Assembly: GCF_006345805.1 (NCBI RefSeq)
Contig: NC_043003.1
Coordinates: 33,294,001 to 33,358,000, forward strand
Direction: 5' to 3'
Source of the DNA: Octopus sinensis
Lineage: Eukaryota
DNA: 64,000 nucleotides
A model generated the notes under the pieces. It ran no database searches and was not told the origin of the DNA. It saw only the letters and a program-made list of their open reading frames with translations. Made by a program: the position numbers and the translations under genes. Below, one piece after another: positions 1 to 12,800 of the stretch (the first letter of the stretch is position 1; every line of letters starts with the position of its first letter).

Positions 1-728
1 GGTAATCACTTAGTTATAACAGTTGTTTTCTCCTATAAAGTATCTAGTAACAGAGCAAACTGATAATTTTATGCGACATACATAGCTTTTCCAATTTTAT
101 ATTGGCTTTTATTTTGTTATGAATAAAGAATCCACAGATAATCCTTCAGTTTTCTTTTTATTCCAGCGAAATCCCATATATGGTATTAGTGTTACCAACT
201 TTTTTTTTTCTCTTATTAGATTGCTGTTTTGTCTCGTGTTCTAAATCACAATGTATTTTGATTGTTTCTTGCAAATGCACTGAACACACTCTAGAAAGTT
301 CCAAATCAATGTGTACCAGCAAAAGTCATGAAGTTTACAATTTTTGGTAATAATTGAAACTTGCACATTACTCTGATGGAATGAAAAAAAAAAGAGTTCT
401 GTGTCTATATTATGTTTTTGATACGTGTCGGCAGTAATATTCTAATGTATTGGTATCTTTCTAATATTCTCGATCACTGAACATGAGGTTAAGTATAATG
501 GGACATGCAGCTGTGAAACCAGTCTCATTAATGGTTTTGAGATAAAAGTTCACATCTGATATTAAAGTGGACTCAAGTGACAAGCTGACACGAATGTGTT
601 TGTCGAAACATCATCACTAGCAAGGTCAGCAACCAAAGCTAAAGTGCCTCTTTACACATAAGATAGAATTAACATCACCTATTGTTATTATGTAAACAAT
701 GACAACCCTTTCGTGAGCTAAGCAACGG

Positions 729-1723
729 ATGAGTTACGAACAAGTAGTAACAACAACAACAACAACAGCAACAACACCAGCAGCACCATCAACAACCACC
801 ATAACAAAGGTGACAACAACAACAACAACAAATGCAACAAAAAGAATAAAGGAGCTGAAACACAAACCGGTGCAACGACTTAGATTAGTTCTTCTAAACT
901 ACCATCTGCTGAAGCGGCCAAGTCATTTCTTCAGAGAATACAATCCTCTGAAGAGGAACTTTAAAATGCTAGACAGCTAGTCGAGGGAGACAGAATAGCT
1001 GCAAAAGTAATTACTCCCATTGACACAATCCAGTTTACAATACTCCGCACAGTGACGTACCGAACAATCAGTTCAAAATGATAAAGGGTGGAAACTGCCA
1101 CACAAGCTCAAATACAAAAAGATTTAGGTTCTGCCTAGAATCTAAAAGAATATATGCATCCTCTCAAAAGCGAGGAGCCGATGTTAGTCTCATTCTACTG
1201 CGATGAGAGACGTGCGAAAATCATAATTCAACAGGTTTCACCAGAAATAGCCATTCCTAGGCTAATTGCTGGAGTGACGATAAACATCGAGGAAAACTCG
1301 AAAATCCTCGAATCCTATCAGACCAAAAAGGAGAACTGGTCTGGGATGACCATAGAACTCCTCATACAAACGATACAAAAAGACCAGATCCGTCTTTCAG
1401 GAGGCAGCATAATTCCAGTCAGGGTAGATAGAAGGAAAGCAAAGTTCCACATTTGCTTTTCAACTAACTATTTAGAAGCCTGCTGCCCTAGACTGAAGGA
1501 AAATAGAGTGGGGCATCTCTCTTCCCTACAACAACAACGGCCCCCAGAATTCCAGAGACAACAACAGCACCACCATCACCATCATCAGATTCATCCGTGG
1601 TACCACCAACAGCAACTACCATACCAACACCAAGTTTTCCCCCCAACACTTCTCAGCACCCTGAGATGTTCCACTTCCCGATGCGGAGCGGGTGGAAATC
1701 ACAGGTGGAGAAAATGGCCGTGA
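729..1723 (+). pseudogene. Decayed ORF1 (gag-like) of a Tx1/L1-clade non-LTR retrotransposon
   Basis: ORF 1154-1723 contains KFHICFSTNYLEACCP (1445-1486), a CX2CX4HX4C knuckle with C>F and H>Y single-base changes. It lies directly upstream of Tx1-type RT motifs. Stops interrupt 980-1150. Confidence 0.7.
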
Positions 1724-1939
1724 TGGGGAGTGGAAGTTAAAGAAAGAAAACAGAAAATAGACACAATGAAAAACAAGTATATGGACAAACAGCAACAGTC
1801 CTCATCCACGCAGTAGGAAGTAAAAAGTTAAAGCAACCAAAATAAATACACTCAAAACAAACACTGCGTCGACACCATCACCACTAACACCTGGAATTCA
1901 GGCCATCCCACACACGCAACCACAGCAACAACAATCACA

Positions 1940-3360
1940 ATACAACCATCACCACCACTTAGACTCGAAGGGACGAAAGCCGCTCAATGGGTCCGAGTAG
2001 CAGAGGCACGGCGTGACAATAAATTCACGAATCAATCCTTGCCGTACCACGAAGGGCAAATGATAACTGATCTGAGATAGATGTGTGCGGCCTTTCAGCG
2101 GTGCTTCGCTCAACTGTTCGGGAGCAGCGTTGAGCCAGGTCGCAGTAATAGATTTCCCGTCCCACCACGGCGGGCTGCCACAGCTCTCGGTGACGAAAGC
2201 GTAGTGCTGCGAAAGCCTTTGAAATACGGGAAGCAATGGCTAGCTGCACGTGGGGCAGATCACCTGGTTTGGATGGTCAGCCCTAGAAGCATTACGCTTA
2301 CATACCAGACTTCTTCGGCGACCTCTTAGGAAACGTTTACTGCAATTGGTAACAGGATGGAAGAAATCCTAGTCCTGTGAACCAAGGAGCGGTGGCGTTA
2401 CTGAGAATTAAAAGACCCGAACAACGGGGATTGTATTGACAGGTCCATGACTCGACTGAATGCAGAGTTCAAAAGTTTGGCTAAGGTGTTAGCTACGAGG
2501 TTAGCGCTTGTAGTCGAGGATATGGTAGGGGAGGTACAGGCATGTGTCATCCTGAAAATATACATCCACGACAACCTCCACCTCATGCGATACATCATTG
2601 ACCAAGTGGTTAAAGAACCTGGCATGGATGGGGCCGTGATCAATTTAGATCAATCTAAAGCTTTCGATACGTCGACCGTCTATACTGGCAGCGGTTCTCA
2701 AGGCAGCTGGTTTCTGGCTTGTATTTGGGGGCTGAGTGGTTGAAGTGCACAGCGGCATATATTCAGTGGTCAGAGTGGGCGGTCACCTCTTAGAGCCGTT
2801 CAACATCATGCGCTCTGTCCGACAACGATGCCCCTCTCATCTATCTTGTACGTACAGACTCTGGAGCCACTACTACACAAACTGCAGGCGTTGAGAGGCA
2901 TTACACGTAACCTAGAATGTGGGGGATGCGTGTCGGCATATGCCGACAACATCGCCGTAGTGCTGTCGGGTCATAAACGCATAGAAATGATCTCAGGGAC
3001 TACAAGGCGTTTTTCAGGAGCGACAATTAACCAAGAAAAATCAGTGGTCTTTAGGCCCAGCATCTGGTGAAGCAAGTTCATGTGAGAGCATTTGGAAAGC
3101 AGAATGCCTTCATGCCCGCACAGTCCTCATACAATCGGATAGTACGATAGGAAGAACGCCCAATTTAGCCTTTTTTATAGAGGATTAGTGGAGGAAAAAT
3201 GCTACCACGTTCTTGGGGAAGCCTTGGGCTTCAAAGAAGATCAGCTAGTCGCTCTTCTCAAGAGAACTTTCGGGCCGGGACCGATGGATTTACTTCCAAA
3301 AATCTCTAGCCTTGCAGTGTTATTGGGGAGCTTTGCTTGCTCAAGATAAACTGTACAGGT
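1940..3360 (+). mobile_element. Tx1-like LINE ORF2 relic (linker + RT + C-terminal fragment), frameshifted and internally deleted
   Basis: Translations include MCAAFQRCFAQLFG, RPMTRLNAEFKSLAKVLATRL, INLDQSKAFD, SVRQRCPLS, VSAYADN (YADD motif) and a KSLA-QCYWGAL-RDKLYR-like segment near 3300-3360. Confidence 0.9.
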
Positions 3361-4130
3361 ACGAAAGCATTCATACCGCTTTCTTTAATTTTCAGCCATT
3401 CAATCATGGTTCTATTTTTTAGATCATGTAGTTCTGTTGGGTCAAATTCTGTTTGACGTTCTTCATCTATTTGATTTTCATCTGCCTTAGTGTTTATGGT
3501 TCGTTCAGAGAATATTTCACTTTGCTCATCAGTTAACTCTTTCAATCGTTATTCCATTTTCATCAGACCAGGGTTGGTCTATAATTATTTCCTCTTTAGT
3601 ATCTTTTTTAGCTGCGACTTCGTTCCTTTTATCCGTTACTGCTTGTCTAATTTGATCAATCTCAACTTCAGTCAGTAATTTCTTTTTCATAATGTTCTTT
3701 CTGACGTTGGCGAGTTTGTTACAGTCTATGTAGGGTCCAACTTCAACGTGTCTCTGTGTCCTGTTTAAGTAGGTTTGTACAGTATTAGATTTATTTGTAG
3801 AGAAATACGTAGCATGATAGAAGGCTTTAAGAACTTCTTTATTATCTTCCCTATATAATGTTTTATTGTTTTCTTTTGGTTATTTGATGAAGAGCATGGA
3901 TGGCCATCTGTTGGAATATTCTGATTAAAGGGTACGTTCAGCTTCTGTGTTTCGGGAAGTAACTGATTTTTCGTACCCAACCTGGTTCATTATTCGAGTA
4001 CGCGGTCCTTGATGATCCGGGTGCGGCAGATCTGGTTTGTGTTTTGCTTTGTTTTATCATTCAGGCATGACTAGCTTGGACGTTGACGTTAGGGAATCTG
4101 TCTGTTTAGGGTTAATGTTTTTGAGACAAC
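3361..4130 (-). mobile_element. 5' part of an R4/Dong-like (RLE-type) LINE ORF
   Basis: A minus frame reads EVLKAFYHATYF...YIDCNKLANVRKNIMKKKLLTEVEIDQIRQAV, resembling the N-terminus of R4/Dong-clade ORFs. It is frameshifted and abuts the Tx1 relic at about 3360. Confidence 0.65.
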
Positions 4131-4778
4131 ACCGCATCCGAGTTTTTTTTAATGAAAACATTGCTCGTAACGAAGCTTCTTAAGACTAAGAGACCTGTAT
4201 TCGACTGTATATATATATATATTTTTTTTTTGTTAATATATTTATCTCTGGGCATAGCTTTTTGTGGTGTTTTTAAACTTATGTATTGCTTATTCTGTGT
4301 TAGTTCGAAAAAGAAAAAAAATGTTTTGTTTCTACTGTTTTTTTTTGCTTCGTTTGTGACACGTGTTTTTCATATGCGTGTATGTGTGTCCCGTAAATTG
4401 CACATAGTTGTGTAAACATTGCACTGTATGTGTAAGTCTATGGGTTTTAAAATGTATATATGATTGTGTAGACATTCGGGTGTATACGTTATTAATCAAT
4501 TTATGTACTTACTGTTTTGTCCAAATTATATTTTATAATTTGTAAACTTTGTGCTGTTGATTTCGCTTATGTTTTGCACATTATTCACTGAGACATCGTG
4601 CATAGGAGAAACTGTGCTTTGTATGGCAATATCGTTTCGTCTTTGTGATTACTTTCGTTAAAAAGCCGCTTCTGTCAAGTTCTTTCATTCCATTCCACCG
4701 AAGAGATGAGATTTATTTTTGACTGAAGAGCCTGGTGTAGCACTTCCATGTTGTTATTTCACGCGGAGTTCTCTTTTT

Positions 4779-4797
4779 ATTATTATTATTATTATTA

Positions 4798-4833
<36 letters not shown>

Positions 4834-5390
4834 TTTTGCTGTTCTTGTTGTTGTTGTCGTCGTCGTTGTTTTCATATACACTCAACATATGCACTAGACT
4901 GTTGGAAACGAAAAAAATACTAACATCGGACTACAACAAGTGCACTTAGATGCCAAGAACCCTCCTAAGTATCCTAGCTGTTCCTAAATACACTGTTTTC
5001 TGCGGCTGTACCAAGCAGAATTTTATGCCCATTTCCTCTTATCCATCTGTTCAGATCTTTAGGGATAGTTCCCAATGTACCTCTAACTATTGGGATACAT
5101 TTTACCCGCACTTCCCATAGTCTCCGTTATTCAATAGCTAGGTCATGGTGCTTTGCTTTTTTTTTTGTACTTCTCATATAAATGTTTTCAACAATTGAGA
5201 CTGTAAAGTCAATTATCTGGCGCTTTCTATTCTCTTTATCCATTACTATCAAATCAGGCCTTCGAGCTTCTAGTACTCTGTCAGTCTGAATATCCCACAA
5301 CGTCTTACATTTCTTACTTCTCTAGTATTTATCTGTATGTTCGAATCCTAGCTTTCTACATAGCTCCCAGTGGTATTGCATCAGGGCATT
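4779..5390 (-). mobile_element. 3' end of an R4/Dong-like LINE: RLE endonuclease domain, 3'UTR and (AAT)n tail
   Basis: The minus strand reads HWELCRKLGFEH, QTDRVLEARRPDLIVMDKENRKRQIIDF (PD..D RLE motif), IPIVRGTLGTIPKDL and LGTARILRRVLGI* (stop at 4946-4948). A short UTR and (AAT)n follow at about 4779-4832. Confidence 0.9.
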
Positions 5391-5391
5391 A

Positions 5392-5489
<98 letters not shown>

Positions 5490-5490
5490 A

Positions 5491-5526
<36 letters not shown>

Positions 5527-5642
5527 GCTGCTGCTGCTACTACTACTACTACTACTACTACTACAACTACTACAACTGCTGCTGGTGCCACTACTACTAA
5601 TACAACTGCTGCTGCTGCAACTACTACTACCACTGCATCCCC

Positions 5643-5675
<33 letters not shown>

Positions 5676-5690
5676 GGTGTGGTGGTGGTG

Positions 5691-5757
<67 letters not shown>
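5391..5757. repeat. Mosaic trinucleotide array (ACT/GCT)n switching to the complementary (AGT/GGT)n
   Basis: Seen directly. The strand switch is at about 5632-5643. Confidence 0.95.
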
Positions 5758-5759
<2 letters not shown>

Positions 5760-6254
5760 TACCACAAGTGCAACTACTTATGAAATATATTCCTCGTAGC
5801 CATAGCTTACATAAATGTTCTTTTAATTTTGTTTCAATAATTTACTTGACAACTCATAAAAACCTCAGCAGACAATGGATTTTGAAATCAATTTGTAATA
5901 ACATAAAATGAGAAAAACAACATCTTTTGCAGTTACCAATTACATCTCATATAATTACAAAAAGAAAAAAAAGTAAAAACAAATGATTAATATTGTAATG
6001 TGTATCATAAAGATTAAATCTGGTGTCAGCCAAAATCTGGCGACAAATTGGAATTGAGAGTCGTCACACTATATTACGTACAGTTTTATACGGTATTTGG
6101 TAAAAATCTTTCCTTAATGGGATATCTGTAGTAATTAGAAAACCTCTTGGATGCCACTGGCCAGATCTTTATAGCAGAGTGCATGTATCGCTACTGGTAA
6201 ATGCAAATGTTCTTAAAGAAGGACTAATTCAATGTTCTATTTAGAGGAGTGAGT

Positions 6255-6290
6255 TATATAAAAGAGGCTGAGTGGCTTGCGAAATAAGTT
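6255..6290 (+). promoter_or_regulatory. Candidate Pol II core promoter (TATA box + Inr-like)
   Basis: TATAAAAG at 6257-6264 and TAAGTT at 6285-6290 place a putative +1 A at 6287, 30 nt from the TATA. A consensus donor AT|GTAAGT lies at 6459-6464. The region is non-repetitive. Confidence 0.35.
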
Positions 6291-6974
6291 GTCACCCTTT
6301 GCTTTTCGACACATATAATTAACTTACGCTCTGGCGGAATCTAGCAATGAAAATGGTATTTCTCTTCAGCAAACTAAATTGATAATTTGTTCTTGTGACT
6401 TGGTCTATCATTTAAGCATCATTCACAAAGTGAAACGAGAAAACACCTCTGTGCGTATGTAAGTGAAATACCAACAATCAGAGTTTGATGTATTTCAAAT
6501 CAAGTTAGCTGTCCATTATACAGTTAAGAATTGATAAGAGAAAAGTATTTAAGAAACCTGTTATTGAAGGTGAATACTAATATTCACTAGTCAGCTTTAG
6601 TGCACAAAGTAAATCAATTTTAAGAAATTTGTTCATTATTACTCTTTCACTGGTTTCAACCATTGGACTACAGCCATACTAGGGCATTACCATAACTGAT
6701 TTGGGCCTTGGGGACACATAACAAAGCTGTTGTGCAGCGGACAAAATCAGCTTTTTACGAGGAAAGTTTCGTGCCAATTAAGGTATACTCGCATCTAAAG
6801 ATAATCGACATTTGAAATATGATATTGAACAAAAATACTTAGTAGCTGAATATGCTTTCACTTTAACAAATTCAGTGATACAAAATGTTAAAGCCTCCTA
6901 TAAAAATATATCGGTACTATATAAGTATCCGATATATATATATATATATATTGTATATAAATTGTATATAATAT

Positions 6975-7017
<43 letters not shown>

Positions 7018-7206
7018 CGGATACTTATATAGTAACAGAGAAGATGCGCTTTTTTTAATATCTATTAGCTGTTAATGTTGTTGTTTAGACCAGTGTGATC
7101 GAGTGGAACTACCATCAACGCCACTCCAGATTTTTGTATAGGATACAGATTTCGCCCTTTTAAGTTGAACAGATAAAATTTGAAGAATATTTAGAGGAAT
7201 CCTGAT

Positions 7207-7561
7207 GCGTCTGGGGAGAGAAATTTTCTTTTTGTGCCTTATAATTTAACACACTCATCGGTAAAATTTCCACTTATTTCTTATTTTTATTTTCCTAAAA
7301 TTTTCGCTGCGTCTTGCAACCTTTTCAATAGTCAAGACTATTGAAAAGGTTGCAAGACGAAACGAAAATTTAGGAAAATAAAAATGACTATTGAAAAGGT
7401 TGCAAGACGAAACGGAAATTTAGGAAAATAAAAATGTCTATTGAAAAGGTTGCAAGACGAAACGGAAATTTTAGGAAAATAAAATTAATAAATATGTGGA
7501 AATTTTACCGGTGAGTGTGTTAAATTATAAGGCACAAAAAGAAAATGATCTCCCCAGACAC
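7207..7561. mobile_element. Palindromic MITE-like element with three tandem 50-bp units in the right arm
   Basis: The left arm 7207-7333 is the reverse complement of the right arm, with the centre at ATAGTC-AA-GACTAT. The 50-bp unit starts at 7336, 7386 and 7436. Confidence 0.85.
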
Positions 7562-7639
7562 AACAGAATATGCTTCAACACACGAACTCATATAAAATAT
7601 CTTGCAAACCAAATCTAGAAACGAAATTTAGAGGAATCA

Positions 7640-7880
7640 TTTTACCTTTTTCAGTCATGCATGGGTACTGCCTTGGAGGGATTTAGTCGAATGAATTGAC
7701 CCAAGGACTTATATTTATAAATCTAGCACTAGTTCTATCTGTTACTTTTGCCGAACAGCTGTTATGGGAACGTAAACACACCAACACCAGAGCCAAACGT
7801 TAATAGTGGGTGAACACAGACACAAAGACACTCGCACACACATATGTACATAGACACATATATACACATACTTATGTGTT

Positions 7881-7927
<47 letters not shown>

Positions 7928-8083
7928 GACGGGCTTCTTTCAGTTTCCGTCTACCAAATCCACTCAAAAGGCTTTTGTCAACCTGAGACTATATTAGAAG
8001 ACACTTTCCCGAGATACCACGAAGTGAGGCTGAGCCCAGAACCGCGTAGTTGCAAAGCAAGCTCCTTACCACACAGCCACACC
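7640..8083 (-). mobile_element. Octopus OR-type tRNA/CORE SINE, diverged full copy with internal (TA)n
   Basis: Head and CORE-like part at 7925-8083, 3' part at 7640-7830. Homologous to the better-preserved copy at 40716-41181. Confidence 0.8.
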
Positions 8084-8884
8084 TATTAAGAGTAATTACA
8101 GCAAGTTGAGCGACAGCTTAGCGATGCTATTGCTGAGTCTTGTTTAACTGCTATTTCTAGCAAGTAATCGAAGTGGAGTCTTGATTGGTACTTCATCGAT
8201 AATTTCTTTTGCCTGGCGAGCGTGAATTGAAATATCTATTTATATCTAATATCTCCTTTGACGTCACTTAATGGATCTAGGTGCAGCATATTTCAAATAT
8301 CTCTATTGAGGGACATTAACTATTTAGATGACTATTATATCACCTAGGGCTCAAACTCGTTTGACACTAAAGCAATCTAGTTAGTCAAATTTATAACAGT
8401 AGCGACTTTCCTTCCTAGATGAGGCGTTTATTTATCTATTTATTTATTTTATTTTTCAAAAGTATATCATTATTATTTAAGTCTAAACTTGTAAAAAATT
8501 GCTTCTTTTTCTTCTCTCACTCTCTTATTTTTCTTTTCTTCTGTTTTTGCTGATGTTAAAGTCTGCTTGGGTAAAAGAAAATTTTCCTTTCTTTTTGCTT
8601 TTCATATTCGTGTGTACGAGTCTTCAATCGTCTCACCTAACGGCTGGTGCAGCTATAAATATAAACGTCTAAAGCATAATATTGCAGTCGTGGTACATAA
8701 TCGGTAATCAAGTTATAAGATCTCTTTGTCTCTGATTTCGTCTATCTTTCGTTTCATGTATATGCGTTTTTGTATGTATGTATGTGTCTATATTACACAC
8801 ACATAAATATATAACGTATACATGCATATAGTCACATTCACATTAGTTTATACATTGATATGTATATGAATGTATAGATTATAT

Positions 8885-8989
<105 letters not shown>

Positions 8990-9216
8990 TAAGAAAGTTG
9001 GTATGTGAATATATATGAATATATATATTCATTATATATATATATATTATATTATATATGTGTGTGTGCGTGTGTATGTACATACATATAGAAATATATA
9101 AATACATGTGGATGTGCGTGTATATATATATTCTTGCCTATAGGTGTGTGAGTAAATCACTATATACTCATAAACAGATACATATATATATATGTGTGTG
9201 TATATATATGTGTGTG

Positions 9217-9262
<46 letters not shown>

Positions 9263-10494
9263 ATATATATATATGTGTGTGTGTATACATATACGAAAAT
9301 ATGCATATATATATACATACTATATATCTATGTCTATAAATGTATACATACATTACATATATATATATATACATACATACACATACATATTCATATATAC
9401 AGAGAGAGAGACTTAAATGTAATTACATACAAGAAATATGTAAATAAATATGTATATGTATACCTGATTATTTTTCATATGTTTCTATGTGTGTCCATAT
9501 AATGTGTATTTACATATGTATTATGTACGTGCTTGTGCTTTCCGTGCGCGTGTGTATGAATGTAGGAAGCGATTTTACGTTGTTATATGAATCTAATTAA
9601 CAAACTAATTAAATAGACGGTCCTAATCGATAGCATTACAAGTATCAGTATTAAATGCCTCTTCATTTCTTAAGTAATTAAACACTTCAAAACTATTCCA
9701 AAAGACGTGTTCATCTCAGAAACGTTACTCCAAGAAACTAAGAAAGAAAAACGGGGGTGGCAATGCTGGAGTAAGTAGGTGGTTGTCTGTGTGGTAGGTA
9801 GTGCACACTGTTGATGATATGAGACGGGCGCTAGCAGCTGTTGTATTTATTTGTGTTTAGTGTGTGTTTCTTATTGTATATTTTTCTCCATATTTGACTT
9901 GGAGTTAATCAATAAGGTGTTTCGTTACTGAGACATCTAAGATATATTATCGTCAGTTTTCAAAGAATTTGTCAAAACAGGTCACTGCCTAATTGTAACA
10001 AGAACAGTTGCAGTAAGATATTAAATAGATACTATTAAAAAAAAGAAAAAAAAAAGAAAAGAAATACGCGAGCGAGAATAAATATCGATATATAAACACA
10101 TACAAACAAGCACGCGTACGCATCGGCAATCCCCCACACTCAAACTCAAACATGCACGTAAGTAGATTTACACGCAGATACGCACAATGATAAACACGCA
10201 CACGCATGAACACAGACTCCCTCACACAGCAATCAATAAACACATTTACAAAAAAACAACAGAAAAATCATTATTTACTGCAATCTCACTCTGTGTATCC
10301 CCCTCACATCATATCTCACTTTTTTTAAGATTTACTTTCATTCACACGCACATACATAAAGACTGGTTTTTTTTTTCTCTTTTCCCCACCGCTTCTCTTT
10401 ATCGGTTTATTTTTAGAGGTATACTTTTATTGTTACACAAAGAAAATAAATAATATATGAAATAGGATATCGCCAACACCCTAACACACACACA

Positions 10495-10538
<44 letters not shown>

Positions 10539-10618
10539 CAAACACACACAAACACAAACACACGCACACACACAAACACTAACACACACACATATACATA
10601 TATATAGTATAAATACAC

Positions 10619-10686
<68 letters not shown>

Positions 10687-10994
10687 GTGGTGTGTGTGTG
10701 TGTATGTATGTGCATGTGAGTGTGTGTGTGAGAGAGACTGTGTGTGTATGAGTGTATTTGTTTGTGAATGCATGTGTGACAATAAGATCGAAAAGCGCTG
10801 CAGATCAAGTCAGAAATATTTGACTGCTCCTTCAGTCTTTCCCCTCTATTTATAGTTCCGTGGATCTTTTATCTTATCATAAAAATGCATATGTATATGT
10901 ATGTATGTATGTATGTATGCATGGTATAAACGCGCGCGCGCACACATACACACACACACACACACAAACATATATAAATATAATCACACATAAA

Positions 10995-11440
10995 AAAAAA
11001 CACTGTCTTGAAATAAACTTAGAAAATTCCTCTGGTATGGAATACATCAATGAACACCAACTCAAGGTATACTGGTGGAATATTCCTATCAAAGTCTATT
11101 GTTGTTTGGGACAGAGGGGCAAAAGTATGTACTATCATAGCGGTTAGCTGCCCTGCAGATATAAATATCTCTTTGAAAATCACAGAAAAAGAGGATATCT
11201 ATGGACAACTGCTTCAGAATCTCTAGCTTCTATATCCAGATTATGAATTCATACTCATAACAATAATAATTGGAGCACTAGGTTTTGTTAGTAAATGCGT
11301 AAAGGCGAATATGGATAAACTGGGATTTTCAGAAAGAGAAACTGACCGACTAATTCGTACGTTACAAGTCCAATCTTTTAGTGGAGCAATAAAAATATGC
11401 GAGACATTTCTCAAGTGCCAAACGTGAATTTGTCTGTGTT
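10995..11440 (+). mobile_element. 3' RLE-domain fragment of a second RLE-type (R4/HERO-like) LINE family
   Basis: Reads VYWWNIPIK, IVVWDRGAKVCTIIAVSCPADINISLKITEKEDIY and IIIGALGFVSKCVKANMDKLGF...ICETFLKCQT*. Confidence 0.75.
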
Positions 11441-11564
11441 ACTACATCCCAAAGATGGAGCTTTGTATCTTTATTGGAAACCAGCTACCTCCTTAGTGGA
11501 AGATTTATAATAATTACAAAATAGAAGATACATACATACAATAGGATTCTTTCCACTTCCGTAA

Positions 11565-11685
11565 GAGAAATCCATTCACAAGGCTTTTGACGACTAGAGA
11601 ATGTAGAAGACACTTGCCCAGTGTGCCATGCAGTGGGACTGAACCCGAAACCATGTGGTCGTAAGGCAAATTCTTACTGCACATC
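11565..11685 (-). mobile_element. OR-type SINE 5' half
   Basis: GAAGACACTTGCCCAGTGTGCCATGCAGTGGGACTGAACCCG matches the reverse complement of the SINE head and CORE. Confidence 0.8.
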
Positions 11686-12328
11686 TATAAATGCTTGTGT
11701 GTGTGTGTGTGTGTGTGTGTGAGTGTGTGTGTGTATTTGTGTGCGTAATCAGAAACGCAGTGTTACTGTGCAGAGCGAAAATCAAATTTAAAATTCTTAC
11801 AGAAGGCATCAACGAACCTGTTGCTTTCATTGACTAAGTTTGCTGAGAAACACTGTAAGGACTGTATATCTTACTTAGTGTGAATATGCATAAAAGAAAA
11901 CCACGAAACACCAGTATTTCGCCCTGAGACAACTGTTCATATAGACGTATGCATGTCATGTAATTGTTCCTGTTGTTTCTCTTGAAACTGTATTACTGCA
12001 GCTAACAGGTTCTCTATAATTTAACAATTTGTATGACACAAATTATCAAATAACTTACGTGAGCTTCGAAAAATCCTCGTCGCCAGATGTTATATCCTAA
12101 AGCCTCCAATATTGTAGTTGGGTTGATGTTGTCGACGATAGAGAAAGAATACACTGTAACTGTGTTATAACTATTCAAAATAGAAACAATTGTAGTAACA
12201 AACACGTAACGAATAAACAGTCTTTTACAAACCAACCATCAATATTTCCAACACACTAACCCAAACTGTAAACTGTACTTGAACTTCGAAGACCAAACTA
12301 CGAACTGCTGACTACGTCAGACCGCAAC

Positions 12329-12800
12329 TAAGTTAAGTTAAGTTAATTTTTTGGCTCAAAAAGCAAAAAGCAAGGCCATGTAGGGAGGGGGGGCATGGAG
12401 TTATGTACAGGGAGGGTGTTCATGCAAAGAGTTCAGGCCATTTCTGGTCAAGAGAGACTTTGAACCGAGCGGTCGTCGACATCTTCACTATCTCGTCCGG
12501 CAGCTTATTCTACGGATCCGCAACCTGGACGGAGAAAGCCCCTCTCTTTCGATTGAGATGAAATCGTCGCAGATAGAGCTTTTCGGAGTGACCCCGCAGC
12601 CGACGCTCTGGAGCAGGAGTGAAAAACAGATCTTTCGAAAGGTTACACTTTCCGCTTATGATGTTGTGAGCAAGAATAAGATCATCACGGCGTCGTCGTT
12701 TTTCTAGAGAATAAAGGTCGAGCGTCTTCAGCCTTTCTTCATAAGACAAATGCTTGAGACCAAGAACCATGCGGGTTGCCAGCTTTTGGACGGTGTTCCC
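12329..12800 (-). mobile_element. 5'-truncated CR1-clade LINE 3' end with (TTAAC)n tail
   Basis: Reads VQKLATRMVLGLKHLSYEERLKTLDLYSLEKRRRRDDLI...RGHSEKL...FSVQVADP-WNKLP, the classic CR1 ORF2 C-terminus. Short tandem tail at 12329-12346. Confidence 0.92.

Noticed and set aside
3505-3535. Minus-strand CTGATGA-GC-AAA-GT-GAAA
   Set aside because: It lies within the R4 coding remnant, stem II is only 2 bp and stem I does not pair. A chance match.
5322-5765. Long ORFs with poly-Y/V/T/C runs
   Set aside because: These are translations of trinucleotide microsatellite. Only the last ~17 codons (HWELCRK..) are real and belong to the R4 relic.
7336-7486. Three regular 50-bp repeats resembling a CRISPR array
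   Set aside because: There are no unique spacers and no cas genes, the context is eukaryotic, and the repeats are part of a palindromic element.
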